DNA of 64,000 nt from Verrucomicrobiota bacterium (lineage in GTDB: Bacteria > Verrucomicrobiota > Verrucomicrobiia > Limisphaerales > AAA164-E04): positions 5,664,001 to 5,728,000 of the forward strand of contig CP170459.1 in NCBI GenBank assembly GCA_047947115.1. The letters run 5' to 3'. Each line of letters starts with the position of its first letter. The first letter of the stretch is position 1. Shown here in pieces: positions 20,759-30,985 of the stretch. Under the pieces are notes generated by a model. That model worked only from the letters and a program-made list of their open reading frames with translations. It was not told where the DNA came from and searched no databases. Made by a program: the position numbers and the translations under genes.

Positions 20759-21754
20759 ATGTCACGTTCAAAACTACATTCACGCCCTCCGATGGAGCGG
20801 ATGCTCAAAATCCACCATGCCATCCAGGCCGGAGGATATCCGAACGCCACCCGGCTCGCAGAACAATTGGAAGTGAGCACCAAATCCATCCACCGTGACA
20901 TTGAATTCATGCGGGATCGACTCGATCTGCCCGTGGAATATAATCCCGCCAAATACGGCTACCACTATTCGGAGGAAGTCAGCGCATTTCCCACCTTTCA
21001 GGTAACCGAAGGTGAGATGGTCGCTCTGCTGGTGGCGGAAAAGGCCCTGCAGCAATACCGCGGAACCACTTTCGAAAAACCGCTGCTCAGCGCTTTTCAA
21101 AAAATCGAGGAAGCGTTGCCCGACACCATTTCGTTGAACTTGTCGGAATGGGACGAATCAATTTCCTTTCGTACCAGCGCTATTCCCCAGTTGGACCTGG
21201 ACATCTTCGATCAGCTGGCCAAAGCGGTCTCCAGAAAGAAACAACTCGAACTGCAATACCGCAAGCCCGGGCAAAAGCAGGGCGAAGCACGTGTTGTCGA
21301 TCCCTACCATCTGGCCAACATCAACGGGGAATGGTTTCTATTTGCTCACTGTCATTTGAGAAAGGACCTTCGCACCTTTGCTCCGGCCCGCATCCTTTCG
21401 ATCAAAGAAACCGGCCAGTCATTTCAGCGCCCCAAACGATTTTCCATCGAAGACCGATTACAGGGCAGTTTCGGGGTACATGCTGGCAAGGAGAATTTCA
21501 AGGTGATCATCCGCTTCTCGCCACAATTAGCCGATTACATACGAGAAAAAACATGGCACCCGACTCAAGTAATCAAATCACTCCCCAACGACGGCATTGA
21601 ACTGGCCATCACCCTGAGCAGTCTCGTTGAGATTCATCGATGGGTGCTCGGTTGGGGCGAACACGCCGAAGTGATCGAGCCAAAAAATTTACGTGATCGA
21701 TTGCGTAAAAGTGCAGAAGACATCCTATCCACTTACGACAAGGATCTGCATTAA
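20759..21754 (+). CDS. WYL-domain transcriptional regulator (YafY/PafBC-like; HTH-WYL-WCX)
   Basis: HTH LAEQLEVSTKSIHRDI; WYL RVVDPYHL...GEWFLFAHC...RTF...RI; C-terminal WVLGWGEHAEVIEP..LR. Confidence 0.92.
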   Translation: MSRSKLHSRPPMERMLKIHHAIQAGGYPNATRLAEQLEVSTKSIHRDIEFMRDRLDLPVEYNPAKYGYHYSEEVSAFPTFQVTEGEMVALLVAEKALQQYRGTTFEKPLLSAFQKIEEALPDTISLNLSEWDESISFRTSAIPQLDLDIFDQLAKAVSRKKQLELQYRKPGQKQGEARVVDPYHLANINGEWFLFAHCHLRKDLRTFAPARILSIKETGQSFQRPKRFSIEDRLQGSFGVHAGKENFKVIIRFSPQLADYIREKTWHPTQVIKSLPNDGIELAITLSSLVEIHRWVLGWGEHAEVIEPKNLRDRLRKSAEDILSTYDKDLH

Positions 21755-21901
21755 CGAATGCATCAAGGCTTTATTTTTTCACGCCCGTTCCGATATCAAT
21801 CGAAGTGATGAATGCGGGGAGTTGGGGATCTTCTAAAACTCCTTTCATCACCCTGAACATCGCGCTCATCCAATCAAAAACCACCAAGGTCGAAAGACCC
21901 T

Positions 21902-23608
21902 TCATAGTTCAGCTTCCATGCTTCTCAACAAACCGTCAGGCTCAAGAATGGCATGGGATACCATCGCACTCACCCGATCCTGTGCATTGGCGACGGCGTA
22001 GAATCGCAATTGAGGAGCGTTGCCTGAAGGACGGATATGCGCAATGTCACCATTGTCGAAGTAAAAGCGAACCCCATCGATGTAATTGATTCGTTGAATG
22101 CAACCATACCCGTGTTCAACAGTGAAATATTCGGAAGCCGCTTCACATAAATGTGCAATGGTCAGATTTTCTTCATAGGTCGCCGGACGTCTCTCGCCGT
22201 CATTCAACCTCAGATGAGCGCCTCCATCCCTGAGTTCCCAGTCAAGTAAGCCCTGTATGTCCGGCGTCCATTTCTTGAGAAGTGCGCGACTGGATTCCTG
22301 CGGAAACGCATCTATCAACCCAGCCTTCCCAAACCGGGCGGGAAGCGTTCCCATCAGATCCACCAAAGGCATCTGCCGTCCCAGCGAGGCGTGCAATACG
22401 GCCAGAATAGGAAGGAACGCATCACGCGTCGCCAATGCGGACAGCTTGCGCCCGTCGACCTTAATATCGGAACCCGTCAGAAAACCTCCATTGGCCTCCC
22501 AGCCCACCACGGAATCCACTCCCTGCGCCCGGAGGGCATTCATCGTTTGGATCACATGAGGCGAACCGATTCTTGTTTTGTAAGGATGAATGCCTCTGGC
22601 GGCGAAATGTGCGTCCACGGCATCATTGGCACTGATCGGAACCACCACTGCTTGGGCCTGTAGAAAATCGGCAACCAACACCCCCAGTAAATCTCCGTTC
22701 AAAAACTGCAGCCTGTTCCACCCGTCTACACCGCAGATCAGGGGCCGATCACTGTCACCGTCCGTGGAGAGCAAGGCATCGATGGTTTTGCCTTCTTCGG
22801 TATGCGTTTCGAGAAATGATTGCAATTGATTGAGTCGTTCCGCCGATATGTCCTCGGTGTCTATGGAAACAAAGGACTCGCTTCTTCCAACAACAATGAC
22901 CGTGGCTCCAAACGACTCCAGCAACGTCACCAGCATGTCGCGTCCCACCGCCGAGTGTTGGTACACCAGCAATCTCCGGTCCTTGAGAAAATCTTGAGGA
23001 AAAAAATCTCGATAACGCTTCAAATACCATCCCCCAGCCTCCTCTTCCAGGTCTGGCAGCGTCGGAATGTGTTCCGCCTTGAACCATCCAGAATCATCAA
23101 AGAGGGAGCGATCTTGCGGCATCGCATATTGAATTCTTCGAACCCCCAATACGGAGGACAGGATCGCGGACTCATCGGACTTGAGCACTTCCCCGGAGGG
23201 TTTGTTGAATTTAATGCCGTTACGATCAAATGGAATATGACTCCCGGTCACCATGATGCTCGCCCACCCATGATGCACGGCGTAAGCAGTCAGGGCGGGA
23301 GTCGGAATTCTTCCCAGGTAACGGGGTTTCAACCCGGAATCCTCCAGCGCCTTGACCACCGCGCGCAAGATGCTTCTGTCAGAACTGTCCGTACTGGGCC
23401 GCAAATCTCCCGCCAGGCAAACCGCTTCCCCAACCTGTATCAGTTGTTGTTCGATCAGAAAATCCAAAAAGCCGGCTGTGTTGACATACACTTCCAGATC
23501 GGTCATTTCCTCAACCAAACCCCGAAGTCCGCTGGTCCCAAACTTCAATGTGCCGGGCACCTGACCGCGAAAAGTTTCGTCGTTGTGATGATTATTGGAT
23601 GATATCAT
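21902..23608 (-). CDS. manB: Phosphomannomutase / phosphohexomutase
   Basis: KFGTSGLRG, catalytic TGSHIP, metal-binding DGDSDR, sugar-binding GWEANGG, IRPSGNAP; lies directly downstream of manA. Confidence 0.85.
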   Translation of the reverse strand: MISSNNHHNDETFRGQVPGTLKFGTSGLRGLVEEMTDLEVYVNTAGFLDFLIEQQLIQVGEAVCLAGDLRPSTDSSDRSILRAVVKALEDSGLKPRYLGRIPTPALTAYAVHHGWASIMVTGSHIPFDRNGIKFNKPSGEVLKSDESAILSSVLGVRRIQYAMPQDRSLFDDSGWFKAEHIPTLPDLEEEAGGWYLKRYRDFFPQDFLKDRRLLVYQHSAVGRDMLVTLLESFGATVIVVGRSESFVSIDTEDISAERLNQLQSFLETHTEEGKTIDALLSTDGDSDRPLICGVDGWNRLQFLNGDLLGVLVADFLQAQAVVVPISANDAVDAHFAARGIHPYKTRIGSPHVIQTMNALRAQGVDSVVGWEANGGFLTGSDIKVDGRKLSALATRDAFLPILAVLHASLGRQMPLVDLMGTLPARFGKAGLIDAFPQESSRALLKKWTPDIQGLLDWELRDGGAHLRLNDGERRPATYEENLTIAHLCEAASEYFTVEHGYGCIQRINYIDGVRFYFDNGDIAHIRPSGNAPQLRFYAVANAQDRVSAMVSHAILEPDGLLRSMEAEL

Positions 23609-23610
23609 GT

Positions 23611-24858
23611 CTATATCGGTACAATGGCCCGAAACAGAGTCAGGCCTTCAGGAAGTTCCACAGTATAATTCAAACCGCAACAAATCAACACCGGCTTTGG
23701 ATCCGTGAGGGTCAATGAGTCACGCTCGCCGCGAATAATGGGCGCTTCCTTTGCGTTTGCGCGGGAAGGAAACAAAATTTCCGGGCTCCTGGATGTTAAC
23801 TCGAAGCTCCGAGGACCGCCTTTGGCATCCATTCGTTGCAATTCAAACTCGGATGCCGTTGTCACAAATCGCGCCAGCCCCGGAATGTTTGTATCAGGCA
23901 ATGCTTCAAGTATTTCAATCGATTCACCTTCAAAGGCCACTTCCCTGATCAATTCCCCCACATCCACATGTTTGGGCGTTAACCCACCCCGAAGGACGTT
24001 GTTGGAATTGGCCATTAATTCCATCCCCACCCCCTCAAGGTAAGCATGCAGCACACCGGCCGGAAGGAACATCGCCTGTCCCGGCTGAAGGCAGACCAGG
24101 TTCAAAAGGAATACGGCAAACAGCCCTCGGTCGTGTCGCCCACCTCCGGAATAACAAGCATCCGATCTCAACACCCAGTATTCACGGTCTGATTTGGAAT
24201 AAGGGGAGGACAGGTGATTGGACTTCAACCGTTCCACTACCGGATGCAACACTTGATGCACCTCTTCATCCTTCATGCGCATGAAGCGTTCATAAACGGC
24301 TTTCAATGATGCCGCATCACCGGAAAACTGCTCGGCGAAGGAATTGAATTCGGGCACGGATTCCAGCGTTTCCTTGATGGCTTCAAAAGGTCGAAACCCT
24401 CTCAGTCCATAAAAAGGTTCCAACGCCATCATCAATTCAGGCTTATGGTTGTCGTCCCTGTAATTTCTATGCGGAGCATTCAGCGGAACACCTAATTCAT
24501 TCTCTTTCAAAAACCCCTGTTCAGCTGCCTGTTTGGACGGGTGAACCTGAATGGAAAGCGGTTCGGCAGCCGCCAGAAGTTTGAACAGAAACGGCAACCG
24601 ATCATCAAAAGCTCTTGCAACCTCATTCCCCAAAACAACTCGTGGATGCTTCGCGATCAGCTCATTCAACGGAACAACATGCCCTCCCAATTCCGCATCA
24701 CAAGGAAGGTCAGGGTGCGCCCCCATCCAGTATTCTGCACAAGGTTTCCCTGAAGGGTTCTCCAGATGCAGCATGCGAGGAATGGCCACAGGATCCCCCC
24801 ATGCATAGTGCTGCATATGCGCCCTTAAGGGATAGATGTCCGGAACCAGCTTTTCCAT
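23611..24858 (-). CDS. manA: Mannose-6-phosphate isomerase, class I
   Basis: Motifs QHYAWG, AEYWMGAHP, LPFLFK, LSIQVHP, NHKPE, HAYLEG, MANSNNVLRGGLTPKHVD. Confidence 0.95.
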   Translation of the reverse strand: MEKLVPDIYPLRAHMQHYAWGDPVAIPRMLHLENPSGKPCAEYWMGAHPDLPCDAELGGHVVPLNELIAKHPRVVLGNEVARAFDDRLPFLFKLLAAAEPLSIQVHPSKQAAEQGFLKENELGVPLNAPHRNYRDDNHKPELMMALEPFYGLRGFRPFEAIKETLESVPEFNSFAEQFSGDAASLKAVYERFMRMKDEEVHQVLHPVVERLKSNHLSSPYSKSDREYWVLRSDACYSGGGRHDRGLFAVFLLNLVCLQPGQAMFLPAGVLHAYLEGVGMELMANSNNVLRGGLTPKHVDVGELIREVAFEGESIEILEALPDTNIPGLARFVTTASEFELQRMDAKGGPRSFELTSRSPEILFPSRANAKEAPIIRGERDSLTLTDPKPVLICCGLNYTVELPEGLTLFRAIVPI

Positions 24859-24915
24859 TCTCCAAACAAAGCGGCAGTACCCCCATCTGTCAACGAGGAA
24901 ACCCGCAGACTGTCA

Positions 24916-24944
24916 TTGCCTACAAGAATCCCTTCTTTTACACT
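24916..24944 (+). promoter_or_regulatory. Putative sigma70 promoter (leaderless geometry)
   Basis: TTGCCT-N17-TACACT-N6-ATG(24951). Confidence 0.6.
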
Positions 24945-24950
24945 CCCCCC

Positions 24951-26774
24951 ATGCAACAAACCAAGTCCTTATTGTTTCACATAAACGCCTTTTTCCGTCA
25001 GGGAACAAAATGGGCGACCTGCCTGGCTTTGTTGGCGTCGGGATCTTGTCTTTCGCTTCACTTGCAAGCCGCCCGGAAAGGGGATCGTCCCAACGTCATT
25101 GTCGTCATCACCGACGACCAGGGATACGGAGATTTCGGGTTCAATGGCAATCCGACCCTCCGCACACCGCATCTTGACGCACTGGAAGCTGCCAGCGCGA
25201 AAATGACCCAATACTATGTGAGTCCAGTTTGCGCCCCCACCCGGGCCTGCCTGATGACCGGTCGCTACAACTATCGCACCCGATGCATCGATACCTACAT
25301 CGGACGCGCCATGATGGATCCGGAGGAAAAAACATTGGCGGAAAGGTTGTTTGAACAGGGATACGCGACTGGGATTTTCGGAAAATGGCACATGGGCGAC
25401 AACTATCCCTTGCGAGCTATTGACCAGGGGTTTGAGGAAGCCCTGGTGCTGCGAGGCGGCGGGATCGGGCAACCCTCCGACCCGATCGGAGCTGAAGGCA
25501 AATACACCGACCCCACACTGTTCCACAACGGGAAGGCGGTGGAAATGAAAGGCTACTGTACGGACATCTACTTTGACCACGCTTTACGTTTTATGCAGCA
25601 AAGCAAAGAACGTAACAGACCCTTCTTCGTTTACCTTCCCACCAACGCGCCGCACGGCCCCTTTCACGACGTTCCGCAAAAAGAGTATGATTACTACAAA
25701 TCCATCAACCTTGCGAACGACCAGTTTCCGCAAAGCAAAGGACATCGCCTCCCTCAGAATGCGGATCTGGACAAACGCGCACGTATTTTCGCCATGATCG
25801 ATAACATCGATCAAAACATCGGAAAGCTGAAACAAGGCCTGGAATCGATGGAACTGTTGGACAACACACTGATCTTGTTCATGGTCGACAACGGCCCTAA
25901 CGGACGCCGCTACGTCGCCGGTCACCAGGGCATGAAATCACACGTCCACGAGGGAGGCATCCGTTCCCCCCTGCTCCTCCACTGGCCCGCACGCTTGAAG
26001 CCGGGAACCAGCTCCGACACCGTCACCGCACACATCGACATTGCTCCAACTATTCTGGATGCCTGTGGTATCCGGTCCAGCAAAGGTCCGGAAATGGACG
26101 GACGCAGCTTTCTGGGCTTTCTGACCGGACGCAAACCTCTCTGGACCGATCGCATGGTAGTCATTCAATCCCACCGTGGTGACACACCGGTTCGTTATCA
26201 TCATTTTGCGGCACGCACCCAGAGATGGAAACTGCTCCATGCTTCCGGTTTTGGCAATGAATCCTTCGAAGGTGAACCCAGGTTCGAGCTTTATGACATG
26301 GATCTCGATGCTTACGAAGAAAACAACCTCGCATCCACCTTTCCCCACATCGTTCAATATATGAAATCAGCTTATGACGCATGGTTCGACGATGTGAGCA
26401 GCACGCGTCCCGACAACTACGCCCCTCCGAGCATCCTGATCGGATCGCCGAAGGAAAATCCGACGATTCTAACGCGTCAGGACTGGCGTCACCTCAAGGG
26501 GCGTCCATGGGGAGCGGATTCTAATGGCGAATGGTGGGTGGAGTTCCTTCACGCCGGAAGCTATGAGGTCATTCTCCATGACAAGAACGCCACGGCACCC
26601 GATGCCGTCACACTCACCATCGGGGAACAGGAATGGTCCCAGTCTGTCAATGAATCTCAAGGAACGTTTTCCTTCCAAATCGCCATCTCGACTCCAGGCA
26701 AAAAGAAGATCAAAGCCAATCTTTCCCGTGGCACCAATGTCATGGGACCACACCAGATAGAGATTAGAAAATAA
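24951..26774 (+). CDS. Arylsulfatase (formylglycine-dependent sulfatase)
   Basis: PNVIVVITDDQG, CAPTR formylglycine motif, GKWHMG, HEGGIRSP, ELYD. Start at ATG 24951. Confidence 0.93.
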   Translation: MQQTKSLLFHINAFFRQGTKWATCLALLASGSCLSLHLQAARKGDRPNVIVVITDDQGYGDFGFNGNPTLRTPHLDALEAASAKMTQYYVSPVCAPTRACLMTGRYNYRTRCIDTYIGRAMMDPEEKTLAERLFEQGYATGIFGKWHMGDNYPLRAIDQGFEEALVLRGGGIGQPSDPIGAEGKYTDPTLFHNGKAVEMKGYCTDIYFDHALRFMQQSKERNRPFFVYLPTNAPHGPFHDVPQKEYDYYKSINLANDQFPQSKGHRLPQNADLDKRARIFAMIDNIDQNIGKLKQGLESMELLDNTLILFMVDNGPNGRRYVAGHQGMKSHVHEGGIRSPLLLHWPARLKPGTSSDTVTAHIDIAPTILDACGIRSSKGPEMDGRSFLGFLTGRKPLWTDRMVVIQSHRGDTPVRYHHFAARTQRWKLLHASGFGNESFEGEPRFELYDMDLDAYEENNLASTFPHIVQYMKSAYDAWFDDVSSTRPDNYAPPSILIGSPKENPTILTRQDWRHLKGRPWGADSNGEWWVEFLHAGSYEVILHDKNATAPDAVTLTIGEQEWSQSVNESQGTFSFQIAISTPGKKKIKANLSRGTNVMGPHQIEIRK

Positions 26775-26818
26775 GCATTCACCGTTCCCGGCAGGGAAAA
26801 AACCGGCAAGAAGATCAA

Positions 26819-28279
26819 TCACATCAGAAAAGCGTTTTTCAGTGATTTAAAAACGTGTCCCATTCGCTTCAGGATGTAATCTTTGACACTCTCCTGTGTT
26901 TGTTCGACTTCTTCTCGCGGCAAACGGCCTGCCTCCATCAGGTGTTTCTTGCGTATGGCTGCCGTCTCGGCAAGATGCCTGGCCACATCTGGCCGACGTG
27001 TCAGAATTTCTTCCATCGCTGGTTTGTCGATCTCGAACAACACTGTATCAGTGGCAGCCATGACCGTTGCGGAACGTTCCGCTCCGGTAAGCAGACACAT
27101 TTCGCCAAAATAATCCCCCGGCCCGATTTCAGACACGTGGACAACCTGACCGTCCATTTCGGATTCGGTGCAGACATCCAGCAAGCCCTCGACCACCAGA
27201 AACATCGAGGAACCTTGCTGCCCTTTGACCACCACCGAATCACCCGCTTTGCAGGTGTGCTCCGTCAAATGTTCTGAGAGCAATCGGAACTCCTCCGACT
27301 GAAAGGAACCAAAAAGCTCCACCCTCTGCAGGATGGCTTCACGGTCGTGTTGACGATCCAGTTGTCGATGCGGCATGCGTGCCAGGTAAAGGTCCTGTTT
27401 GGGGTAGGCCAGACTGAGTCCAGCATGGTGCATGTGCTCCAATACGCTGCGAGTCACTGCATGTCTGCCCTTACGGGGTGATGTCTGGACAGGATCGAGC
27501 CAGTATCGCACTTTATATTCCACTCCATTGGAGGTCACGGAATCCACCATCGCTTTCGGTTTGGGATCTTTCAACACGCCCTTCGCAGCACACACACCTG
27601 CGCTCAACACACGCAGCGCACGTTCGGTCGGAATCCCAAACTCCAGACAAAACGAATGATCAAAACGACTTTTGGGTTCGGGCCGGCTCAGATTTACCAT
27701 CACGATGCTGCTGATCATGCTGTTGGGAATAGCAATGGTGGTGTTGTCGTTTTTCTGAATCCGGGTGGATCGCCAACTGATTTCAACAACACGCCCACGC
27801 ATGGGCTCCACGCTGCGGGGATGCAATTCAACCCATTCCCCTATCTTGAAAGGCTGATCAATGTTCAGGGCGATACCCGAAAAAACGTCTGCTATCATAT
27901 TGCGCAAGGCGAAACCCACAACAATCCCCATCACCCCCGAAGTGGCCCAGATGCCCGCCACAGATTGACCGAACACCAAACTCGCAATGGTCATGGCCGC
28001 CATCAAAAAGATGATGCCGGCAAAAAGATCCTTGAGCAGTCTGGGAACAGGTGAGGAAAGACGCTTCTCGAGCAAGGTCCACACGAAAACATCCACCAAT
28101 CTCACCTCCAGCCAGGCCAATGCAAAACCAACCCCCGTCCCGAAACCCCATTTCAGCACACGTTCCAGCGCGTCGGTGGCCTGTTGATCCCATCTGTCGA
28201 TGATCTCCCACCCCGGCAGCAGCAGCAGGGTCAGGATCGCGATGGGCCACAGCAACTTTTTCAAAGCATCCACCCACAT
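26819..28279 (-). CDS. MscS-family mechanosensitive channel with C-terminal cyclic nucleotide-binding domain (bCNG-like)
   Basis: GIVVGFALRNMIADVFSGI...PFKIGEWV, WRSTRI, IPNS; cNMP cassette GDYFGEMCLLTGAERSATV. Confidence 0.92.
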   Translation of the reverse strand: MWVDALKKLLWPIAILTLLLLPGWEIIDRWDQQATDALERVLKWGFGTGVGFALAWLEVRLVDVFVWTLLEKRLSSPVPRLLKDLFAGIIFLMAAMTIASLVFGQSVAGIWATSGVMGIVVGFALRNMIADVFSGIALNIDQPFKIGEWVELHPRSVEPMRGRVVEISWRSTRIQKNDNTTIAIPNSMISSIVMVNLSRPEPKSRFDHSFCLEFGIPTERALRVLSAGVCAAKGVLKDPKPKAMVDSVTSNGVEYKVRYWLDPVQTSPRKGRHAVTRSVLEHMHHAGLSLAYPKQDLYLARMPHRQLDRQHDREAILQRVELFGSFQSEEFRLLSEHLTEHTCKAGDSVVVKGQQGSSMFLVVEGLLDVCTESEMDGQVVHVSEIGPGDYFGEMCLLTGAERSATVMAATDTVLFEIDKPAMEEILTRRPDVARHLAETAAIRKKHLMEAGRLPREEVEQTQESVKDYILKRMGHVFKSLKNAFLM

Positions 28280-28283
28280 GAGA

Positions 28284-30743
28284 TCAATCCTCCTCGTTGA
28301 ATTGCAGCTGGGCCGATGCTTTCTCAAGATCCGCCATGGCGCGGTCCAGTTGATTCAAGGCGGCGGCGTAATAATGCTCACTATGGAAAAAGTATGTGGC
28401 CACTTCACGGTCAATCAAATGGGTCTCCTGGGGATTCGGATCAGGAATGAGCAACACTTTTCCATAACGGAATTTGTTCAGATTGATCTGCGACGTTCCG
28501 CCGTTCAATCCGATGACTTCTTTAAGGAGCACCGCCCTTCTCAGACGCTCCAAATCATCCGGATGATGCAACACGATAGCAGAACGAGGACGCCCTTGAT
28601 CATCAGGCTGATTGTATTCCCACAGAATTTTCCCCCAGGAGTCCTCGTCTGGACACTCAATGACTTGAATCTGCGGAATCGCAGATTCATTGAGGGTGGA
28701 GGTCACCGAGACCGAATCCGTATCGACATACTGAAACACAAGTGCCTGCTTGGGATGCGATTCAAACCAGCCATTGAGGGCTTGTCCATCCCCTGAAAGA
28801 TCCAATTCCAGCGCGTCTGACAAAAACTTCACATCATACCCGCCATCCCGTTGACCGGCGAAATAAATGATACGCCCCAATCCCACTCGCTGATCCATCC
28901 AATCCGCCTCCTGACCGGACAACCGTTTCAGGACTTCATAAATCATGCGATGTACCAATACATCTTCACCGGCGATGCGTTCATCAATGAATTGGTTGAA
29001 TGGATATCGCAGGGTGAGGGTCGGATTCTCCACAGCCCAACGCCGCACCCGTGAACGCCATTCACCAAGGGCTTCATTTTGTTCCAGAAAGGACAGGTCA
29101 AAAACATCTTTGGCTCTTATGCGATAGGCATCACGAAACAGAGCATTGGAGAACTGGTCAAAACGATCCTCATCCTTTGGCAGAAACCTGCCCAATGCCT
29201 CTTCGGACAAGCGATCAGCCAGCACGTGTGGGGTCAGAACAATGATCACCTCCCGTTTGGACGCGGTCACGCGCGAGGAACGAAACAGTTTACCGAGATA
29301 AGGAATGGAACTCAGCAAAGGCACCCGTCGGCGTTGAGTAACCTGGTCGCGCGTGACCAGACCGCCGATAATAAAAGGCGTGTTGTTCTCGATGCGGGCA
29401 TAGGTCTGAACACGACGCGTGGCCACTGTGGGGGCGGCGGCAAGTATTTCACCTGTTCTTGCCTTCAGTTCAAGGTCCGCACCTGGAATGGGGGAGGATA
29501 CAATGGTATCCACCATCATGCTGACCTCTCGCTTTGATTCGGCAACGCGCGGGCGAACATTCAGCGAGATACCTGTTGGCAGATAATTGAATTGAAAAGC
29601 AATCTTGTTCGAATTGTCGGCAACCCCTTCCTGCGAAGTGGCGATCGGAATGTCGGTCCCCACGCGAATGGTTGCTTGTCGGTTGTTCAGGGTCAGCACA
29701 CTGGGGCGTGACAGAATTTCCGCCTTACCATCTTCGATCAAAGCCCGCACCCTCGCCTGCCATTCCTTGGCCAAATCCTGTGCGCTGTCAAAGGTAAACC
29801 CCAGGGTTTCCGCAGCATTCACACCTGGAGCAAGATCACCTCCGGCCACATTGAACTTCCCCTCCTGAAATGCCCAATCAATCCCAAGATCCTTGAGCCC
29901 TTCCTCACTGATTTCCAACACCAAGCCTTCCACAAAAATCTGGATGGCAGGTTGATCGATATGATGCTTGAGCACGTCACGCAAACGCCCCCACTGATCA
30001 GGATGCGCCGCATGGTAGTAAACCAGCAGTTGGTCGGACCTGGCCGAATTGGCGTTGTTCGGGATCTCCGTGGACATCTGAGGGCTGACGGAAACATTGA
30101 AGTTGGATTTGTTTTCCTGGACTTTAGTGCCTCCAACCAAGGCCGTCTGTTCGCTGGAAGGAGTGGGCATCGGTGCCACCAAGGGCAATTGATCGAACGC
30201 AAGGGGCCAGGTAATTTCCCCCACGGAATTCAACGCATCGAAGCCAAACCCCTTGAGTGCCTCCAATGAGCCTTTGATATCAATGTAACTCAACCGAACA
30301 ATTTCGTAGCTTAAATCCTCCTGACGCAACCCTTCACGCATGGTTTGAATGGACTGGATGGAATCGGCAATCATTTGCTCAACAACATCCACATCGGGAT
30401 TCCTTTTTGTTGCATCATTGGATTCAATCATTCCGTGAACCCAGAACATGGGAGGGCGGGATAGAAACACTTTAATGGCAAAAAAGAGTCGTTGATTTTC
30501 CTTTTCCAGCACTGACCGATGAGTCAAACCTTGCGGAAAAGTTTCTTTCGAAGCCGCTTCAACCACAGTTCTGTAACCATGCTCGAGTGTGAGTTGCAGA
30601 TTCAAAGTATCCACCAGCTCGGACAACTCCACTTCGCTCATTTTAGGCAAGGGAACCAGGCGCGATAGATCCTCCGCCTTAAGGCCGCAACATGCCGCGA
30701 GTGCATGAAAAAAAATGCACAAAAAGATGATTTTACTCCTCAT
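28284..30743 (-). CDS. Secretin (GspD/PilQ-like) with long C-terminal extension
   Basis: Signal peptide; secretin core QIFVEGLVLEI...LGIDW, ILSRPSVLTLNNRQATIRVG, GISLNVRPRV, IIGGL, VPLLSSIPYLGKLF, VIIVLTPHVL; then ~300 further aa. Confidence 0.88.
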   Translation of the reverse strand: MRSKIIFLCIFFHALAACCGLKAEDLSRLVPLPKMSEVELSELVDTLNLQLTLEHGYRTVVEAASKETFPQGLTHRSVLEKENQRLFFAIKVFLSRPPMFWVHGMIESNDATKRNPDVDVVEQMIADSIQSIQTMREGLRQEDLSYEIVRLSYIDIKGSLEALKGFGFDALNSVGEITWPLAFDQLPLVAPMPTPSSEQTALVGGTKVQENKSNFNVSVSPQMSTEIPNNANSARSDQLLVYYHAAHPDQWGRLRDVLKHHIDQPAIQIFVEGLVLEISEEGLKDLGIDWAFQEGKFNVAGGDLAPGVNAAETLGFTFDSAQDLAKEWQARVRALIEDGKAEILSRPSVLTLNNRQATIRVGTDIPIATSQEGVADNSNKIAFQFNYLPTGISLNVRPRVAESKREVSMMVDTIVSSPIPGADLELKARTGEILAAAPTVATRRVQTYARIENNTPFIIGGLVTRDQVTQRRRVPLLSSIPYLGKLFRSSRVTASKREVIIVLTPHVLADRLSEEALGRFLPKDEDRFDQFSNALFRDAYRIRAKDVFDLSFLEQNEALGEWRSRVRRWAVENPTLTLRYPFNQFIDERIAGEDVLVHRMIYEVLKRLSGQEADWMDQRVGLGRIIYFAGQRDGGYDVKFLSDALELDLSGDGQALNGWFESHPKQALVFQYVDTDSVSVTSTLNESAIPQIQVIECPDEDSWGKILWEYNQPDDQGRPRSAIVLHHPDDLERLRRAVLLKEVIGLNGGTSQINLNKFRYGKVLLIPDPNPQETHLIDREVATYFFHSEHYYAAALNQLDRAMADLEKASAQLQFNEED

Positions 30744-30985
30744 TATGACTCCTGTGATAAGAATTCTTCGCCAGGAGGCTCACCCGCCGTAGAATCCGCT
30801 AAAGAAAACCGATGCTGCCATAAATTTTAAAAACAATCAACCTAATTGCATACAACAGCCAAGTCATGAGGTATTCACTTTCTGTATGCAGGAAGGCACG
30901 AATTCATCATATCAAATACACGCCTCACACATCTTCAAGCACTTTAAGTTTGATCTGGCACTTCATTTCCTTAACCGTAAATGCC

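Noticed and set aside
21902..24858. manA-manB as part of an O-antigen or capsule cluster
   Set aside because: No manC, glycosyltransferases, wzx or wzy nearby; it looks like a simple mannose-metabolism pair.
24615..24950. N-terminal ORF-track extensions (sulfatase, mobA, DUF3500, rsmB, uvrA, SDR)
   Set aside because: They overlap divergent genes or promoters; family motifs and signal peptides start at downstream ATGs.
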